Assembly (NCBI GenBank): GCA_045611725.1
Contig: JAZKXQ010000208.1
Coordinates: 1-26,516, forward strand
Origin: Oscillospiraceae bacterium
Lineage (GTDB): Bacteria > Bacillota > Clostridia > Oscillospirales > Ruminococcaceae
Reading direction: 5' to 3'
DNA: 26,516 nt
Numbering within the stretch: position 1 is the first letter of the stretch; every line of letters starts with the position of its first letter. Shown one piece after another: positions 23,297 to 26,516 of this stretch. The position numbers were made by a program, and so were the translations under genes. The notes under the pieces were generated by a model. The model was not told where the DNA came from and did not search any database. It worked only from the letters and a program-made list of their open reading frames with translations.

Positions 23297-24289
23297 TTAT
23301 TGTACGATTTTTGCACCATATTTGTTTGCGACATCAATTGGAGCCATGTTTTGTGCAGAGTTTTCACTATATGCACTTCTCAAATCTTGTACTGGTGATT
23401 GTAACATTTTTGCTTCGAATGAGTCCAAAATATTTCTTGCTTCTGCTGGAGTTTTTGCTTCACCAATCTTTTGTTCGAAACGTGCAGCATCCATATCAGA
23501 CATTGAACCAGTACCAGCTTGTCTATTTGCATTTACCAAGACGTTTTTCATAGAGCCTTTCCAAGCTTCAAAATCATCACGAGCCTGTTTTTCTGCATCT
23601 GAAACTCCCAAACCCCACATAGCGTTGGTTCTCCATCTTCCAAAACGTGTTGAATCTTTTTGCATTTCATCAATGTTTTTGAAAGAACTATCAAATCTTG
23701 TACCAATATCTTCAAGGTCTGTACGGAAATTTGTCAAAGGAGAAGATACTACTGTTTGTCCCTTTTCGTTTTTATAAATACCATATTGGACTCCACCACT
23801 TTCAATAGGATCAGTATATTGAGTATCTTCTACAGTAATTTTATTCAATTCTGCATTTTTGGCTGCTGCGGCTTCTTCACGAGCTCTCATAGCATCTTCC
23901 ATTTCTACCTGTTTCAAGAAGTTCAGATAGTTTTCTTTTTCTTGAGCAAGTTTCATGTTGCTTACTTGATTATATGCTTGGAAGCCCTTCAATAAACCAC
24001 CTGTCAAAGCAGACTCAATTGGTAATTCAGATTCAAGACGGCCTTTGTTTTGTGGAGTTGATAACATCTTTTCGACCATTTTATCATCAACTGCACTACC
24101 AATAGCTGTACCGGCATCTCTTGTATCCAACATGGCTCTTTTATATTGATCAGTAGCACCGGCCAAGTTTTTGATCAAATCTTCACGAGTTACAACTATT
24201 GGTTGAGCAATAGTACGTGTTACTTTGTGAGTTGGATATTGACGACTTGAATTTGTTGTATAATTTATATTCATAGCATTTGGATTCAT
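23297..24289 (-). CDS. DNA ejection / internal virion protein (middle)
   Basis: 330 aa, helical with coiled coil; between the other ejection-like genes. Confidence 0.55.
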   Translation of the reverse strand: MNPNAMNINYTTNSSRQYPTHKVTRTIAQPIVVTREDLIKNLAGATDQYKRAMLDTRDAGTAIGSAVDDKMVEKMLSTPQNKGRLESELPIESALTGGLLKGFQAYNQVSNMKLAQEKENYLNFLKQVEMEDAMRAREEAAAAKNAELNKITVEDTQYTDPIESGGVQYGIYKNEKGQTVVSSPLTNFRTDLEDIGTRFDSSFKNIDEMQKDSTRFGRWRTNAMWGLGVSDAEKQARDDFEAWKGSMKNVLVNANRQAGTGSMSDMDAARFEQKIGEAKTPAEARNILDSFEAKMLQSPVQDLRSAYSENSAQNMAPIDVANKYGAKIVQ

Positions 24290-24301
24290 TTTACTACTCC
24301 A

Positions 24302-25042
24302 TTAAGAAACCATGTTACCTGCTGTTTGACCTGCGGCACCACCAATAGAAGAACCTGCGGCTGCCCCCATTGGGCCACCAAAATATGCACCAATCAGTCC
24401 GCCAGCTACAGTACCTATACCACCCAAGATAGAAGATGTTTTACTATTTTTTGTACCCACCTTGGCATTGTAAATATCCATATCTGACTGGAATTTATTA
24501 TTATATGTATCTTGTAATCCAGTAGCACCAATACCTGCATAAGCTTGTGGTTGATAGACTTGAGATTGTACACCACCAATATTATTTATTTGTGCATTTA
24601 TATCAGATAAGGCACGAGAACGAGAATCAACATACGCATTTTGTACTGCTTGATTTATGTTTTTATCCACTTCTTCTTGGACTTGGTTATACGCACGAGA
24701 ACCAATTGGAATGCCTTTGTTGATCAAATCAGAAGATACTTGAGATCTATATCTGTCAATTTCTGGTTGAATATTTGACATAGCGTTTTGAAAATATGTT
24801 TCTGTTGCTGTGTCAGGATTCAAATCCAAATTTTGCACACCAAGATCAATATGTCCCAAACGTAACTTATCTGTTTGATTATAATTGGTTTTTATAGTGT
24901 TTGTTTCAGGATCCCAAGAATAACCACCAAGACCAGATTCATAGTTTGTATATAAATCATTTCTGGCTTGTTCCCTTATTCTATTTTGAGATTCTTGTGC
25001 CCTTTGTTCATCATATTGAGGGGCTTTTGGTGATGATCCCAT
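24302..25042 (-). CDS. DNA ejection / pilot protein (P22 gp7-like)
   Basis: MGSSPKAP N-terminus, Q/N-rich body, Gly-rich hydrophobic C-terminus (LGGIGTVAGGLIGAYFGGPMGAAAG). Confidence 0.62.
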   Translation of the reverse strand: MGSSPKAPQYDEQRAQESQNRIREQARNDLYTNYESGLGGYSWDPETNTIKTNYNQTDKLRLGHIDLGVQNLDLNPDTATETYFQNAMSNIQPEIDRYRSQVSSDLINKGIPIGSRAYNQVQEEVDKNINQAVQNAYVDSRSRALSDINAQINNIGGVQSQVYQPQAYAGIGATGLQDTYNNKFQSDMDIYNAKVGTKNSKTSSILGGIGTVAGGLIGAYFGGPMGAAAGSSIGGAAGQTAGNMVS

Positions 25043-25054
25043 TTATTTCTCCTA

Positions 25055-26516
25055 TTATGCTCTTGTTCCTATTGTTGGAATTGATGGTATTTCAGGATTT
25101 TTTGCTGCATACCAAGCCAACTCAATTTCGTTTGCAGTTTCAAGTTCTTTTCTATCTTCTGCTTGTTGTTTGAGCTTCAATTCTTCTGCATCAACAACCA
25201 TATCTTTCAGTAGTTTATCTTTTTCAACTTGAAGCTTTTCTGTTTGAGCATTCAGTTTTGCTACTTCAATTTGGTTTTGAGTATTATCTTTGTTCCCCTT
25301 TAATTGTAGTTCTGCAGCAGCTTTTTGTGCATCAACTTGAACTTTTTGTGCTTGTGCTTGAGCCTTTGTCAATTCAGCTTGAGCAATTTGATCTTCTACA
25401 GATGGACCTTTGCTTGATTGATTTTGTTGATATTGTTTGATTGCTGAATCTATAGCCTGTTCAAGTAAGTTTTCTACAGTACGACCAACACGGTAACCTC
25501 TGACTGTTGACATAAGTGCTGTTTTGCAGATGATAGCCATTTCTGGAATAGATTGAATCATTTGTGCAGATTGAGTCAACATTTCAAATACAACCTTCCA
25601 TAATTCAACTATTCTTTGTTTATATGATTCATCTGTGTATGCTTTTACTTCTTCAGAGCTGATTTCCAAACGTGTATCTCTCAAACCATTATCTTTCAGT
25701 AATTGGATAGCTGGTAAGAATAATTGAGGGTCTTCTGTTGAGTAATCTATTGTAGAAACTTTGATCAAGGATTCTGGTTCAAACATCTGAGAAATAATTG
25801 AACAAGCGATTTTCAAGATTTCCTGTGTGAAGAATATAACTTTGGATTGGTCTTCTTGTAATCTCTGTGTTCCAAATGTTCCTTTCAGTTTGTTTGTACC
25901 ATATGCTTCTTGAGGATTTGTTTCCCCTTCCAATACATCATATACACCCAAAATACCTTGAACATCTTTAATCAATAAATCACGTTCAGCATTCAAAGAG
26001 GTGATAACATTGATTGCGGCTGTTGGGTCATACCAAGTCATAGCACCAGCCAAACCACCTTTTTCAACATATTTGATTGCGTCTTTTATGGCAACCAAAG
26101 AGTTTTTATTATCTGGGTCAAAGATTTTATCAAAGCCTTCACAAGATTCATCATAGGCACCATAAACACCGATAAGATCCAATGCTTCAAAGATTTCGTT
26201 TGTCAAATAATCAATCTTTTCATATTGATCCAAACATTGTGCATGACGTGGTGTTGGAATAAGGTTATCGTTGAATTCGTCAAACATCAAACCTTCTGGT
26301 ACACATGGGAAGTCAATATCATATGGATAATCTTTTTCTTCCAATAAGTCACCAGATTGCATCACTGGGGCAAAACAATATACTTTCTTTTCTGTTTTAT
26401 CCCATACTTCCCAAATAGAGATAGTATCAGCCCCTCTGTCACGTCTATCAACACCAAATTCGCTCCATACATCCGCAGAGTATTGTAAATCAGTATTGGA
26501 TGTAAAAGGAACTGTG
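25055..26516 (-). CDS. Portal protein (5' end beyond the window)
   Basis: Frame stays open from 26365 to the window end (manual translation ...ISIWEVWDKTEKKVYCF...). FPCVPEGL, EKGGL..A, I.G..D...G.T....A.G...K..FG..RL and Q-rich C-terminal barrel match the podovirus-like portal family as I recall it. Confidence 0.82.
   Translation of the reverse strand, partial: TVPFTSNTDLQYSADVWSEFGVDRRDRGADTISIWEVWDKTEKKVYCFAPVMQSGDLLEEKDYPYDIDFPCVPEGLMFDEFNDNLIPTPRHAQCLDQYEKIDYLTNEIFEALDLIGVYGAYDESCEGFDKIFDPDNKNSLVAIKDAIKYVEKGGLAGAMTWYDPTAAINVITSLNAERDLLIKDVQGILGVYDVLEGETNPQEAYGTNKLKGTFGTQRLQEDQSKVIFFTQEILKIACSIISQMFEPESLIKVSTIDYSTEDPQLFLPAIQLLKDNGLRDTRLEISSEEVKAYTDESYKQRIVELWKVVFEMLTQSAQMIQSIPEMAIICKTALMSTVRGYRVGRTVENLLEQAIDSAIKQYQQNQSSKGPSVEDQIAQAELTKAQAQAQKVQVDAQKAAAELQLKGNKDNTQNQIEVAKLNAQTEKLQVEKDKLLKDMVVDAEELKLKQQAEDRKELETANEIELAWYAAKNPEIPSIPTIGTRA

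Noticed and set aside
347-25440. Numerous short opposite-strand ORFs in the track (e.g. 347-532, 1083-1508, 6794-7105, 11792-12235, 20940-21446, 22566-22850, 23322-23777)
   Set aside because: They overlap well-supported genes, lack an RBS, and have the S/F/L-rich composition of antisense shadows.
1-26516. Prophage or lysogeny features and host assignment
   Set aside because: No integrase, att-adjacent tRNA, repressor or host genes in the window. Sigma70-type promoters and AGGAG RBSs are too generic to name a host.

Overview
The window is an AT-rich fragment of a tailed dsDNA phage with a podovirus-like (P22/T7-style) virion module. Both ends cut genes: the major capsid protein start is at 1-198 and the portal is truncated at 26516. 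Almost all genes are on the minus strand. In transcription order they are: portal, three ejection-type proteins, then (after an inserted plus-strand module at about 18.2-21.7 kb and a divergent AT-rich control or origin-like region) two unknown genes, a VRR-NUC nuclease, a structured leader, a GroES-like gene, an unknown gene, a compact GroEL-like gene, a GNAT, TerL, a TerS candidate, a T4 gp55-like mini sigma factor, a repeat-rich tail-fibre cluster, tail adaptor and nozzle proteins, scaffold and capsid. The most notable signals are: (1) a stripped-down GroES/GroEL pair inside the packaging operon; (2) a gp55-like sigma plus a conserved -35-less motif (A-tract, RATACTTAAYARATG) in front of three structural gene blocks; (3) 8-11 bp stems closing pyrimidine-rich loops at four predicted transcript 5' ends; (4) a shared upstream operator and a symmetric repeat region between divergent promoters; (5) an unannotated 36-aa membrane peptide in its own small transcription unit. 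No integrase, repressor, lysin, polymerase, tRNA or CRISPR array was recognised. All protein family calls are by-eye motif recognition, not database searches.
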